Origin: a virus
Lineage: Duplodnaviria > Caudoviricetes
Virus record (IMG/VR): IMGVR_UViG_3300030372_004705
Location: 1 to 57,272 of that record
Strand: one strand, 5' to 3'
Length of the DNA stretch: 57,272 nt
Of this stretch, positions 48,030 through 57,272 are shown one piece after another; position 1 is the first letter of the stretch; the number at the start of each line of letters is the position of its first letter. A model generated the notes under the pieces. The model was not told the DNA's origin, did not search any database, and saw only the letters and a program-made list of their open reading frames with translations. A program made the position numbers and the translations under genes.

Positions 48030-50323
48030 TGGCTAAAAGAGTAGATAAAAATGCACAAAGAATTAGAAGAATTTTTGATTTAGCTGATTGTGAGCAACGA
48101 GCTCAATGGGAATATATAAATCAAAAAGGTGTAGATTTTTCAAATGATAATCAAATAACTGATGAAGAGAGGATTGCATTAGAAGAGCAAGGAATGCCAA
48201 CATTCACCATAAATCGAATACTACCCGTCGTTGAAATGCTCAACTTTTATGCAACCGCAAACAAACCTAGATGGCAAGCCGTAGGAGCAGAAGGTAGCGA
48301 TGTGGATGTCGCTGCAGTTTTTTCTGATATGGCAGATTATATATGGGATCTATCTAATGGATCCTCTCTTTATGCTAATTGTATAAATGATTGTATTACT
48401 AAATCACTAGGGTTTTTAATGGTTAGTGTAGACCCTGATGCTGATAATGGTATGGGAGATGTAGTATTAAAAAATGTAGAACCATTTGATGTATTTGTAG
48501 ACCCTAAGTCTAGAGATCTATTATTTAGAGATGCAGCTTTTATTATGATTAGAAAGATTTTACCTAAAGAGCATTTAATATCTATATATCCTGATCATAA
48601 AACAAAAATTAAAAATGCTAGTGGATTTGGTCAAGATGAAAATAATTACAGTGAAAAATCTATGAGTAATTATAGAAAAGATTTTGGATATAAAGAAATA
48701 GATGATGCTGTTACTTTAGATGGTGAAAATGATGAATTAGTAGAATTCTATGAAATGTATGAAAAAATAAAAGTATCTTATGTAAATGTATTTTATAGAA
48801 AAGAATTTAGCCCTGAACAATTACAACAAATACAGCAACAAGTTCAAGTGCGTATCCAGGAAATGCAAGCTGAAATGGAAGTAGAATTAATGGAGCAACA
48901 AAAAGCTATGACAGCTGCAGTAGAATCTGGAGAAATGTTGCCAGAGAGAATGCAGCTTGAAATGGAAAAAACTCAAAAAATGCAAGAACAACAATTGCAA
49001 GTTGCATCTCAACAAATGTTAGCAGAGGCTCAACAACAAGCAGAAGTAATAGAAAATTTAGTTATATCAGAAAAAGAATTTAAATTATTAGAAGATGATC
49101 CTAATTTTAAAGAGTCTGTTGTAGATGTTGTTCAATTTTATGGTACTCGAATAAAACAATCTATTATTGTAGGAGATAAGACTATCACTACAAATATATT
49201 GCCAGAAGGTATTGATGAATATCCAATTATTCCATTTCATTTTAAATGGACAGGTACTCCATATCCAATGAGTGCTGTATCACCATTAATTGGAAAACAA
49301 AGAGAAATTAACAAAGCTCATCAAATACTTGTGCATAATGCATCACTAGGTAGTTCATTGAGATGGATGCATGAAGAAGGAAGTATTGATACTGATCATT
49401 GGGAAAGATATTCATCTGCTCCAGGAGCATTATTACCTATTAGACCAGGAGCTCAGCCTCCAACTCCTGTACAACCAGCTCCTCTTAATAGTGCTTTTTT
49501 CCAAATAGTACAAGAAGCCAAGGGAGATATGGAATATTTAGCAGGTATATATTCTTCTATGATGGGAGACTCAGGAGGTGCTAGTGAAACTTATAGAGGT
49601 ATGTTAGCTTTAGATGAATATGGTACAAGAAGAATCAAACAATGGATGCAAAATTCATTAGACGTATCTTTGAAACAATTAGGAGTAATGGTTAAGCAAT
49701 TTACTCAAGCTGTTTATACTGCTCATAAAGTATTTAGAATTGTACAGCCTAGCGCTATACAAGAACAGAGAGAGATAGAGATTAACATTCCTTTGTATAA
49801 TGATTTAGGAGAATCTGTTGGAAAAATTAAAGATTATAATAGTGCTAAATTTGATGTAAGAATTATTGCAGGATCTACATTACCTATTAATAGATGGGCA
49901 TATTTAGCAGAATTAAAAGAATTAATGCAAATGGGCGTTGTTGATGATATAGCAGTATTAGCTGAAACAGATATAAGAAATAAAGAAAATATTGCCAAAA
50001 GAAAAAGTATGTATGCTCAAATGCAAGGACAACTTGGACAGCAAGAAGAGCAAATTAAAGATCTCAGTGGTACTATTGAGACACTTGAAAGGCAACTTGT
50101 TCAAGCTGGTATTAAAGGTAAAGTTATGCAAGCTGAAATGGAAATCAGTAAAAAGAAAGAAGAAGTTAAGACTGGATTACAAAAAGAATATCTTGATACT
50201 GAAGCAAAACAAAAGAATTTACAGTCTGCTTTAGCAAATAAAGTTGAGGCTACAAAAGCTAAAATTGATGCTAATGCAGATAAAATAATAAATAACTTGC
50301 AAAATAATGTTAAGAATGATTAA
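48029..50323 (+). CDS. Portal protein (P22-like)
   Basis: PTFTINRI, VFVDP.SRD, YPIIPF, QREINK motifs, C-terminal coiled coil; between TerL and scaffold. Confidence 0.9.
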   Translation: MAKRVDKNAQRIRRIFDLADCEQRAQWEYINQKGVDFSNDNQITDEERIALEEQGMPTFTINRILPVVEMLNFYATANKPRWQAVGAEGSDVDVAAVFSDMADYIWDLSNGSSLYANCINDCITKSLGFLMVSVDPDADNGMGDVVLKNVEPFDVFVDPKSRDLLFRDAAFIMIRKILPKEHLISIYPDHKTKIKNASGFGQDENNYSEKSMSNYRKDFGYKEIDDAVTLDGENDELVEFYEMYEKIKVSYVNVFYRKEFSPEQLQQIQQQVQVRIQEMQAEMEVELMEQQKAMTAAVESGEMLPERMQLEMEKTQKMQEQQLQVASQQMLAEAQQQAEVIENLVISEKEFKLLEDDPNFKESVVDVVQFYGTRIKQSIIVGDKTITTNILPEGIDEYPIIPFHFKWTGTPYPMSAVSPLIGKQREINKAHQILVHNASLGSSLRWMHEEGSIDTDHWERYSSAPGALLPIRPGAQPPTPVQPAPLNSAFFQIVQEAKGDMEYLAGIYSSMMGDSGGASETYRGMLALDEYGTRRIKQWMQNSLDVSLKQLGVMVKQFTQAVYTAHKVFRIVQPSAIQEQREIEINIPLYNDLGESVGKIKDYNSAKFDVRIIAGSTLPINRWAYLAELKELMQMGVVDDIAVLAETDIRNKENIAKRKSMYAQMQGQLGQQEEQIKDLSGTIETLERQLVQAGIKGKVMQAEMEISKKKEEVKTGLQKEYLDTEAKQKNLQSALANKVEATKAKIDANADKIINNLQNNVKND

Positions 50324-50373
50324 TATATATTTTAATATTTCAAAGTTTTTTTTAAAACATAAAAGGAGATAAT

Positions 50374-51255
50374 ATGTCAGAAGAAGTAAAAGGTAACTCA
50401 GAGCCAACAGATCAGCAATCAGCTGAACAAGCGGTATTTGACTCCTCTCAAGGTTTCTTTGACAATCTGGAAAATTCCGTTAATGGAATGGTTTCAGAGG
50501 GGGAAGCAACACAAACTACAGAGGTAACCCAAAGTGAAAGTGGCACCGAACAGGTAACCCACGAAGAATCACAAGTGGCTCCATCAGTAGACTGGGAAAA
50601 AAGGTATAAAGATTCGAGCAGAGAGGCGATCAAAGTATCGCAACAGTTGAAAGAATTAGAACCCTTTGTTCCTGTATTGAACGCTATGAAGCGTGATAGT
50701 GGACTTGTTGATCATGTTCGTGATTATTTAAAAGGCGGTGGACAACCTAGTAAAAACATAAAAGAAAAACTAGGTTTAGATGAAGATTTTATATTCGACC
50801 AACAGGAAGCAATAGAAAATCCAGATTCCGACTCTGCTAAATTGATGAATTCGCATATTGACGGGCTTGTACAATCTAGAGTTAATCAAGTATTAACTAG
50901 AGAAAAGCAAAATGCTAGTCAAATGCAGCAAAGATTTATGCAGAAGAAAAAAGAAGCCGACTTTATTAAAAAGCATGGAATGACTGAGGATGAATTTGCA
51001 CAATTTAAAGATCAAGCCAAATCTAGACGTTTAGAATTAGATGATATACATTATCTAATTAATAAAGATAAGGCTAATACTAATGTTGCAAATAATACTA
51101 AGAAAGAAATGCTTGATCAAATGAAAAATGTCAGAAACATACCAACAAGTGCTAGTGATTCAAACAATCAGGGTGATGTTAAAAAATCAGCAGATGATTC
51201 CATCTTTGATAGTTTAGCAAGTTCTGATCGTGGTTTAGATAACTTGTTCGGTTAA
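50374..51255 (+). CDS. Capsid scaffolding protein
   Basis: Acidic N-terminus, WEKRYKDSSREA coiled coil; between portal and MCP. Confidence 0.75.
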   Translation: MSEEVKGNSEPTDQQSAEQAVFDSSQGFFDNLENSVNGMVSEGEATQTTEVTQSESGTEQVTHEESQVAPSVDWEKRYKDSSREAIKVSQQLKELEPFVPVLNAMKRDSGLVDHVRDYLKGGGQPSKNIKEKLGLDEDFIFDQQEAIENPDSDSAKLMNSHIDGLVQSRVNQVLTREKQNASQMQQRFMQKKKEADFIKKHGMTEDEFAQFKDQAKSRRLELDDIHYLINKDKANTNVANNTKKEMLDQMKNVRNIPTSASDSNNQGDVKKSADDSIFDSLASSDRGLDNLFG

Positions 51256-51296
51256 AAAAATTCTTTATATAGGATTGTTTACCGAGCTTTAATTAA

Positions 51297-51337
51297 AGTT
51301 CTACTTGAAGATACGAAAGTATAGCTGATAGAGAACT
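51297..51337 (+). promoter_or_regulatory. Kink-turn-containing hairpin in the major capsid gene leader
   Basis: CUA-CUU-GAAG...CUGA-UAG with AUAC-GAAA-GUAU cap. Confidence 0.6.
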
Positions 51338-51357
51338 AAATGGAAGGAGACAGTCCA

Positions 51358-52947
51358 ATGTCTGATTTATTTCAAGTTGGCGTACGAGGTGGTTCGCAAA
51401 CTGACTTAACAGTTGCTGATGTTGATGGCGTAGGTCCGGGTGCCGGGTCTAATCTTGATACTGGCGACCTTCGTAGAAAGTATAACTTTGGCGACAGAGT
51501 TTCAGAACTTTCTTTAGCGCAAGATCCATTTTTTAGATTCTTAAGTAAAGTTTCTAAAAAACCGACTGATGATCCTGCTTTCAAATGGGCCGAAAAAAGA
51601 CCTTCATGGAATAAGCGTTATGCTTATGTTATGGGTTATGTTCAAAATGATGGTGCAGATGAATTTGCAGATTCTACTATCGAGGCTTATAATGATGGTG
51701 GTACAGGTAGTTCTGTAGCAGTTGGTGATTCATTAAAACTATATATGGCTGGTGATTATCTTTCACAAGGTAACAAACAAAACATACATGGTAATACTAC
51801 ACAAGAGGTAGCGGCAGTAGGTGCATCGGGCACTACACCTCAATTTTTTCTGCCAAATCAATTAATCAAAGTACCTACTATGACAGATGGAGCATCATCT
51901 CCAGATTCTTGGGGACAAAGTTATATCCTTGCAAGAATTACATCGGTAGACTCAACTTCTCATGCTTCAAGTGCTAAGGATTCAAAATATCCTACAGTAG
52001 TTGAATGTCTAGTTGTTAGAGCCCCATCTTCATCATATGTTGGTTTTGCTGGATTCTATAATAATGGTTTCGGACCATCTGGTGATTCTGCTACAGATGA
52101 AAGTGTAGCTGACAAATCAATTGGTGAGAGATTAGAAAAAGCAAGAACATATGTTGTAGGTTCAGCATTTGCTGAAGGTTCTGGTTATCCTGAAACATGG
52201 AAAGATCAACCTTACTCTACAAACTATGGTTTAACTCAAATATGGAAAACTTCAATGGCTATGACAAATACTGCCAGAGCAACTACATTGAAATTTGAAC
52301 CTAATGAGTGGGCTAGAGTTTGGAAAGAAAAGCTAGTTGAACACAAATGGGATATTGAAACATCATTATTATTTGGATCTCAGTACGAAGATTCAACAAA
52401 TGGTATTCAATACACTCAAGGTGCTGTAGATTATATCACAAATTATGGTAATCAATTTAGTTTAGACGTAAACACTAAGACAGCTGATGATTTCTTAGAT
52501 GATATGTCTAACTTATTAGATCCTAGATATAATGATAGTCAAGCTACAGTATTCTTTGTTAATACTTCAGTATATAACTGGATGCACAAGCTAGGTGGAT
52601 ACTTTAAAAATAATCTAGAAATATCTGCAAACTATAGAGCTGATTTTGCTATGACTGGCAAGAAAAAAGTTCTTGGTATAGATATTACTACATTCTCAAC
52701 ACCTTATGGTGATATGAATGTTGCTAGAAATATTCACTTAGATGGTACAGGTGTTAAAATGCTTGGTATTGATCTTAAGAACGTAGCTTATAGACCATTA
52801 GTTGGTAATGGTTTAAATAGAGACACTTCAGTCTATGTAGGAGTTCAAACTTTAGAGAACTCTGGGGTCGATCGTAGAGTAGACTTAATCTTAACAGAAG
52901 CTGGTATGGAATTCAGTATGCCTGAATCTCATGCTATCTGGACATAA
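51358..52947 (+). CDS. Major capsid protein
   Basis: AAGGAG SD before ATG 51358; PFFRFLSKV, GSAFAEGS, TQIWKT, EHKWDIETSLLFG, TPYG, LTEAGME; follows scaffold. Confidence 0.88.
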   Translation: MSDLFQVGVRGGSQTDLTVADVDGVGPGAGSNLDTGDLRRKYNFGDRVSELSLAQDPFFRFLSKVSKKPTDDPAFKWAEKRPSWNKRYAYVMGYVQNDGADEFADSTIEAYNDGGTGSSVAVGDSLKLYMAGDYLSQGNKQNIHGNTTQEVAAVGASGTTPQFFLPNQLIKVPTMTDGASSPDSWGQSYILARITSVDSTSHASSAKDSKYPTVVECLVVRAPSSSYVGFAGFYNNGFGPSGDSATDESVADKSIGERLEKARTYVVGSAFAEGSGYPETWKDQPYSTNYGLTQIWKTSMAMTNTARATTLKFEPNEWARVWKEKLVEHKWDIETSLLFGSQYEDSTNGIQYTQGAVDYITNYGNQFSLDVNTKTADDFLDDMSNLLDPRYNDSQATVFFVNTSVYNWMHKLGGYFKNNLEISANYRADFAMTGKKKVLGIDITTFSTPYGDMNVARNIHLDGTGVKMLGIDLKNVAYRPLVGNGLNRDTSVYVGVQTLENSGVDRRVDLILTEAGMEFSMPESHAIWT

Positions 52948-52958
52948 GGAGGTATATT

Positions 52959-53498
52959 ATGGCAAATCCTTTATACGGACAAAATAAAGCTGATGGACTT
53001 CTTGATGGTGTTAAAAGTAATCAAGCGATTATTGAAAAAACTGTAGTTAAGTCTTCAAAGGCTATTACGATTACTGCTGCGGCTAATTCAGATGGTACTG
53101 TTGCTCAACCTGCAGGAACTACTTTGATGAGTGTTATACTTTCTCCTCAAAGTGTAATAACTACTGCTGGTGCTAGTGGTGATGACCTGGATTTTAGTAT
53201 GGGTACTTCTGCTGGTGGTGCTCAAATCCTTGCTGCTAAAGCAATACTTGATGATGGTGGTGCTGCGGTATCGCTTGCTGCTGGAGCTTCTTATGAAGTT
53301 ATTTCAGGTGGTGTAGGTCAAGCTGCTAATGCCTTTGCAGGCCTTGGTACAGCAACTTCTGAAGCAAGTCCTGTAGTGGGAGCATTATATAGTGCTGCTG
53401 CAAGAGACGTACACTTCAGGTTTACACCTTTAGCTAATGATTTAGCAGCTACTAGTACAGTTGATGTAGTATGCACTTTTGTTAAGATAAACTCTTAA
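52959..53498 (+). CDS. Putative capsid decoration / minor structural protein
   Basis: AAGGAGG SD; Ala/Gly-rich; directly after MCP. Confidence 0.6.
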   Translation: MANPLYGQNKADGLLDGVKSNQAIIEKTVVKSSKAITITAAANSDGTVAQPAGTTLMSVILSPQSVITTAGASGDDLDFSMGTSAGGAQILAAKAILDDGGAAVSLAAGASYEVISGGVGQAANAFAGLGTATSEASPVVGALYSAAARDVHFRFTPLANDLAATSTVDVVCTFVKINS

Positions 53499-53509
53499 GG
53501 AGGTAGATA

Positions 53510-53932
53510 ATGGCTGATGGAAATGGAACTAAGATAGCAGGAAGAGCTAATTTTCAAACTGGAGAATATATCTTCAAAATGGATGATTCTTCTGCATCTA
53601 CGCATAACCTAGAACCTGGCGATAGTGGAAAAACATATCTTGTTCATTGCACTGTTGCTAGAACTGTTAATCTACCTGCACCAACAGCTGGTGTTAGTTA
53701 CAGGTTTGTTGTAACTGATTCCACTGCTGCAAGTACTATTAATGCTGAAAGTACTCAGTTGTATGGAGTATTTACAGATGATAATGATTCTACTAATATG
53801 GCTGGAAGTACTACTATTACTATTGGTACTAGTGCTGCTTTAGGTGATTGGTTAGAATTGATTAGTGATGGTACTAATTGGTATGTTAAAGGTCAATGTC
53901 AGCATGCAAGTGCAGGCTTTACTGTATCTTAG
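53510..53932 (+). CDS. Putative head-fibre / minor structural protein
   Basis: DSGKTY, VNLPA..AG..Y.F, ELISDGTNWYV motifs. Confidence 0.6.
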   Translation: MADGNGTKIAGRANFQTGEYIFKMDDSSASTHNLEPGDSGKTYLVHCTVARTVNLPAPTAGVSYRFVVTDSTAASTINAESTQLYGVFTDDNDSTNMAGSTTITIGTSAALGDWLELISDGTNWYVKGQCQHASAGFTVS

Positions 53933-53942
53933 TAACTAAAAC

Positions 53943-53999
53943 ATTTGGGGCTGTAGGCTGCGGAGAGCTTCCCCTCCCTGTAGTCTGCAGTTCCCAAAT
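53943..53999 (+). other. Long G-U-rich RNA hairpin (terminator or processing site)
   Basis: AUUUGGGG-CUGUAGGCUGCGG pairs with CUGUAGUCUGCAG-U-UCCCAAAU; deviations are G-U wobbles. Confidence 0.7.
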
Positions 54000-54007
54000 T
54001 TAACAAT

Positions 54008-54050
54008 AACGATCTCATTCACGGGATGTCAAACCCTTAGAGAGGAAGGA
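54008..54050 (+). promoter_or_regulatory. Leader RNA motif copy 1 abutting the SD
   Basis: AACGA-UCUC-AUUCAC-GGG-AUGUCAAA-CCC-UUA-GAGA-GGAAGGA. Confidence 0.6.
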
Positions 54051-54055
54051 AATAA

Positions 54056-55129
54056 TTGGCAACATTTAAAGAACAAGTCGAAGCGTTAACGGGGCTGACT
54101 GTAACAAGCTCTAGTAATCCTACAGATAATCAATTAACTCAATTTTTAAGAGATGGCGTAGTTAATGTTATTAATCGAATTTCATCTATTAAACCAGAGG
54201 AATTAGTAAAATTTACATCAACTACTCACGATGGTAATAATGATGGTATTACTTTAACTGGTAAAATATTATCTATTGTTAGAGAAATGAATAGTACTAC
54301 AATAGTAAGACCATGTTCAATAATCTCTGCAAATGATCGCTATGAAGCAACTACAGTAGATAGTTTAAAATATAGATCTTCATATAATCCTGGTTATTAT
54401 ATATTAGATAATAAAATACATTCTATACCAGTATCAGCTTCAGGTAATAATGATTTAATAGTTACTCAAGTACATTATGATCAAACAATTGTATCTAGTT
54501 CTTCTGAAATTCAAAATTATCCAGCTGAATTTACTTATTTAGTTCCTTTATATGCTTCGTGTCAATCATTATTAACTGCAATGAATTCAAAAGCAAATAG
54601 TTTACCTAATGTTAATATGGATATAATTTCTACTCCTGCAATACCTACTTTGCCTGATAACTCGATTATATTTAACGAACAAGCACCAGAATATAAAGGT
54701 CCAAGTACTATATTGGATTATGCAGATGCAAACAAATGGATTAATATTGAGGAAGATTCCGAAATGTCTGGGGCAAGATTACAAGTTATTTCTACTCAAT
54801 TACAAGAATTTTCACAAAATATGCAAAATGAATTAAATAAATTCAATGAAGAAAATAATGCATATCAAGTTAAACTACAGACAGCGATTCAAGATGCTCA
54901 ATTATCATCACAAGATGACTCATTGACATTGCAACAATATCAAGCTGAATTAGGAGAGTATCAAGCTAAAATTGCAAAGGAAGCTCAAAAAATACAATTA
55001 GAATTAACTAATCTGACAACAGATTATCAATGGTTACAAGGGACTTATGCTATGCTACAAAAGCAATATGATGATTCTTTTATATTACTTAGTCCACCAA
55101 AACCACAACAAGAACAAAGGAGACAATAA
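54056..55129 (+). CDS. Putative head-tail adaptor protein with coiled-coil extension
   Basis: TTG start; position after head genes; Q/E-rich heptads at C-terminus. Confidence 0.6.
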   Translation: MATFKEQVEALTGLTVTSSSNPTDNQLTQFLRDGVVNVINRISSIKPEELVKFTSTTHDGNNDGITLTGKILSIVREMNSTTIVRPCSIISANDRYEATTVDSLKYRSSYNPGYYILDNKIHSIPVSASGNNDLIVTQVHYDQTIVSSSSEIQNYPAEFTYLVPLYASCQSLLTAMNSKANSLPNVNMDIISTPAIPTLPDNSIIFNEQAPEYKGPSTILDYADANKWINIEEDSEMSGARLQVISTQLQEFSQNMQNELNKFNEENNAYQVKLQTAIQDAQLSSQDDSLTLQQYQAELGEYQAKIAKEAQKIQLELTNLTTDYQWLQGTYAMLQKQYDDSFILLSPPKPQQEQRRQ

Positions 55130-55513
55130 ATGGCAAATGAGATAAAAATAAACTTATCTATTACTGCTGAGAAAAATGGAGCCAAATTCACAAGACAGGA
55201 ATCATTTTTAGATGATATGTCTGGAGACGCCTGGGTGACTGGTGTTCAACAAGTTGGAGCTGCTTCTGAAGCTTTAGTAACACATGCGGACATAGGCACA
55301 TATGGGTGGGTGTATCTTAAAAACTTAGGAACAGATAAAACTTTATATGTAGATTTTGGTCATGATGATCCTAGTGCTAGTTCAGGTGATGATGCTGCAT
55401 TTCGATTATATGGTGGCGAAGCATGTATAGTGAAACTTGCTGCTATTACTGAATTAGAAGCTATATCTAGTTCAGGTACTCAAGCTGTTGAATATGCAAT
55501 AATCGAACTATAG
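55130..55513 (+). CDS. Hypothetical virion protein
   Basis: AAGGAG SD; beta-rich, 127 aa. Confidence 0.6.
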   Translation: MANEIKINLSITAEKNGAKFTRQESFLDDMSGDAWVTGVQQVGAASEALVTHADIGTYGWVYLKNLGTDKTLYVDFGHDDPSASSGDDAAFRLYGGEACIVKLAAITELEAISSSGTQAVEYAIIEL

Positions 55514-55521
55514 GAGTTATT

Positions 55522-55821
55522 ATGAGTTTAGACAATAAAATGAAAGTCAAGGAAATCATGGAAAGAGTCGGTATTACTGAGACTGGTAGGGCTACTGCGT
55601 ATATAAAGGATGCTTTAGAAGAGATTAATAGTATATGTGAAACACATCTTAATACACAGCAAATTAATATAGAAACAAATAAACGTTTTTATGATTTACC
55701 TTTTGATGCATTACAAATTAAAGAAATAAGATGTAAAAATCATTTAAACAGTAAGGGTGAATATAGATCTATACCAAGATTAATATATAAACCTATAATT
55801 AAAGATTCGGATGGTAAATAA
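55522..55821 (+). CDS. Putative adaptor-like structural protein
   Basis: AYIKDALEEI...FYDLP.D pattern of neck/adaptor N-termini. Confidence 0.55.
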   Translation: MSLDNKMKVKEIMERVGITETGRATAYIKDALEEINSICETHLNTQQINIETNKRFYDLPFDALQIKEIRCKNHLNSKGEYRSIPRLIYKPIIKDSDGK

Positions 55822-56879
55822 TGGCTAGCGTAAAAGAATATGCATATTATATGGAAGGTAGTAAAATTGCTTTAGTAGAAAAAGAAGCAGCGTTTGACAA
55901 TGATGCTAACTCAAGAGATTATGGACCAGGAACAGATAGATTTAGATGGAAATCTCCATTAGCTGATGTTACTGGGGGGCTAGAGTTATTATATACATAT
56001 TCTCCTATATATAGAATATTTCAAGCCCAAGATTGGGATTTAAATAAATTTGCTGTTAATGGATGGACTGTTATTGATGGCTATTTAGCTTTTGTTAGAA
56101 GTGATGGAAATACTACTGAAACAGATTGGAGTAGCACTAGCGTAGTAACTGGAAGTTCTGGAGAATATGCAGGAGCTTCTAGTGCTAGAGATTATATAGT
56201 AGTATCAGGAAGTTCAAGATGGAATGGATTGCATAGAGTTAAAAATGCAGGGACAAATGGTATTTTAACAACATATACTCGAACTAAGGGTATATATCCA
56301 TACTGGGAAAATCAAGGTGTTGACTTTGCTGCTGATGAATCCTTTTATGATAGAGCAGGAGGAGATGCTGTTTTTTACGGATCTTATTTTAACGCAGGTG
56401 ATTATGTACATATTACTGGTAGTCATGTTAAAAATTGTGGAATTTTTCGAGTATCTAGTGTAGATCCAGAAGAGGCAACTGCTAATAGCAAGGTTTATGT
56501 AGACAATAAATACCATATATTAAAAGCTAATTCAACTCTTGCTGAAGAAAATGGCATTGGATCGGAATATGAATTAGCCGCTACATTTATAGCTGAGACT
56601 GATCAAACTGATATAGGAATATATAAAATATGCAAAGAGTATTGTACTATTTCTTCCAATATAAGTGTATTAGATGACGAAACTGATGAAATTGATATAC
56701 CTGAATATTTAAGTAAAGCAGTTATTGATCATGTAAAAGCTCAATATTTAGAAGATGCAGGGCAATTTAAAGAAGCTGAATATTTTATGGTAAAATTTAG
56801 AGAGCGTATTGAAAAATATAGAAATAGATTAATGCCTGGACCAAGAATAGTTGCACCAGGATCATATGGAATTAGATAA
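55821..56879 (+). CDS. Putative neck/adaptor structural protein
   Basis: C-terminal IDIPEYLSKAVIDHVKA...AEYF adaptor-like helix pair. Confidence 0.55.
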   Translation: MASVKEYAYYMEGSKIALVEKEAAFDNDANSRDYGPGTDRFRWKSPLADVTGGLELLYTYSPIYRIFQAQDWDLNKFAVNGWTVIDGYLAFVRSDGNTTETDWSSTSVVTGSSGEYAGASSARDYIVVSGSSRWNGLHRVKNAGTNGILTTYTRTKGIYPYWENQGVDFAADESFYDRAGGDAVFYGSYFNAGDYVHITGSHVKNCGIFRVSSVDPEEATANSKVYVDNKYHILKANSTLAEENGIGSEYELAATFIAETDQTDIGIYKICKEYCTISSNISVLDDETDEIDIPEYLSKAVIDHVKAQYLEDAGQFKEAEYFMVKFRERIEKYRNRLMPGPRIVAPGSYGIR

Positions 56880-56887
56880 CAATAAAC

Positions 56888-56928
56888 AACGAACCCGTTC
56901 ATGCACTGCCAGTGCTTAGGGTAGGAGG
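56888..56928 (+). promoter_or_regulatory. Leader RNA motif copy 2 abutting the SD
   Basis: AACGA-ACCC-GUUCAU-GCAC-UGCCA-GUGC-UUA-GGGU-AGGAGG. Confidence 0.6.
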
Positions 56929-56933
56929 TAAAA

Positions 56934-57272
56934 ATGGCAAAAACAAAGCTACACAATTATAGTGTACAAGAAAAATTAAACAAGATGGATGTTGATTTAA
57001 TAACTGTTGTTCCAACATGCGAGGCTAGTGCTATTGATCAACATGATGTTTTATTTGATTTTACAGAAATTCCTAACGCAGTTTCAGTCGAAGGTGGGTC
57101 TTCACTATTACAGTCGATTATGGTATTAGACAAAGATCACCAAGGAGGTCAAATAGATTTAGTCTTTTGTAATGCTCCAGCAGCAACTGCTAATCTTGGA
57201 TCTCTTGATGCTGCAGTTGATTTAACAGATGATGAAGCAGATGCTTTATTAGGATTTGAGGTTATAGGAACA
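56934..57272 (+). CDS. 5' part of the junction-spanning virion protein (continues at window start to 357)
   Basis: AGGAGG SD; MAKTKLHNYSVQEKLNKMDVDLI... open to window end. Confidence 0.85.
   Translation, partial: MAKTKLHNYSVQEKLNKMDVDLITVVPTCEASAIDQHDVLFDFTEIPNAVSVEGGSSLLQSIMVLDKDHQGGQIDLVFCNAPAATANLGSLDAAVDLTDDEADALLGFEVIGT
57084..57272. repeat. Right copy of terminal direct repeat
   Basis: 189 bp, 185 identical to 1-189. Confidence 0.95.

Noticed and set aside
3590-56956. Many ORF-track entries antisense to or out of frame within long genes (e.g. 3590-3892, 14754-15179, 31600-31956, 33034-33327, 46391-46708, 46913-47353, 50448-50633)
   Set aside because: No SD, hydrophobic shadow-type composition, and they overlap well-supported genes
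1-57272. Genome-wide TGA or TAG reassignment
   Set aside because: Standard code gives dense long ORFs; TGA acts as a stop in ATGA overlaps (e.g. 5592, 32627, 32785) and Trp uses TGG; only one interrupted frame was seen

Overview
The window is an apparently complete, AT-rich dsDNA tailed-phage genome with podovirus-like gene content. Bases 1-189 repeat 57084-57272 with 4 mismatches, giving a circularly permuted unit of about 57,083 bp. The + strand (43269 to the end, continuing through 1-31426) carries terminase, portal, scaffold, major capsid, adaptor/tail, LamG-type receptor-binding, lysis and ejection genes. One ejection-module gene is a 2871-aa protein with a DYDVD motif resembling the catalytic site of crAss-like virion RNA polymerases. 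The - strand (42979 down to 31415) carries small early genes, a roughly 760-nt helix-dense non-coding region, a four-gene ubiquitin-like conjugation operon (Ubl ending GG-C, E2-like, JAB protease, ThiF/E1), and replication/recombination genes (ERF, SSB, AEP primase-helicase, resolvase). I recognised no DNA polymerase, integrase, tRNA or CRISPR array. Main leads: the phage-encoded Ubl-E2-JAB-E1 operon, the putative virion RNAP, a candidate large structured ncRNA, a small gene with an in-frame UGA followed by a SECIS-like hairpin, a two-copy covarying leader RNA motif, and a kink-turn in the capsid leader. All calls come from reading motifs by eye; no searches or folding programs were run.
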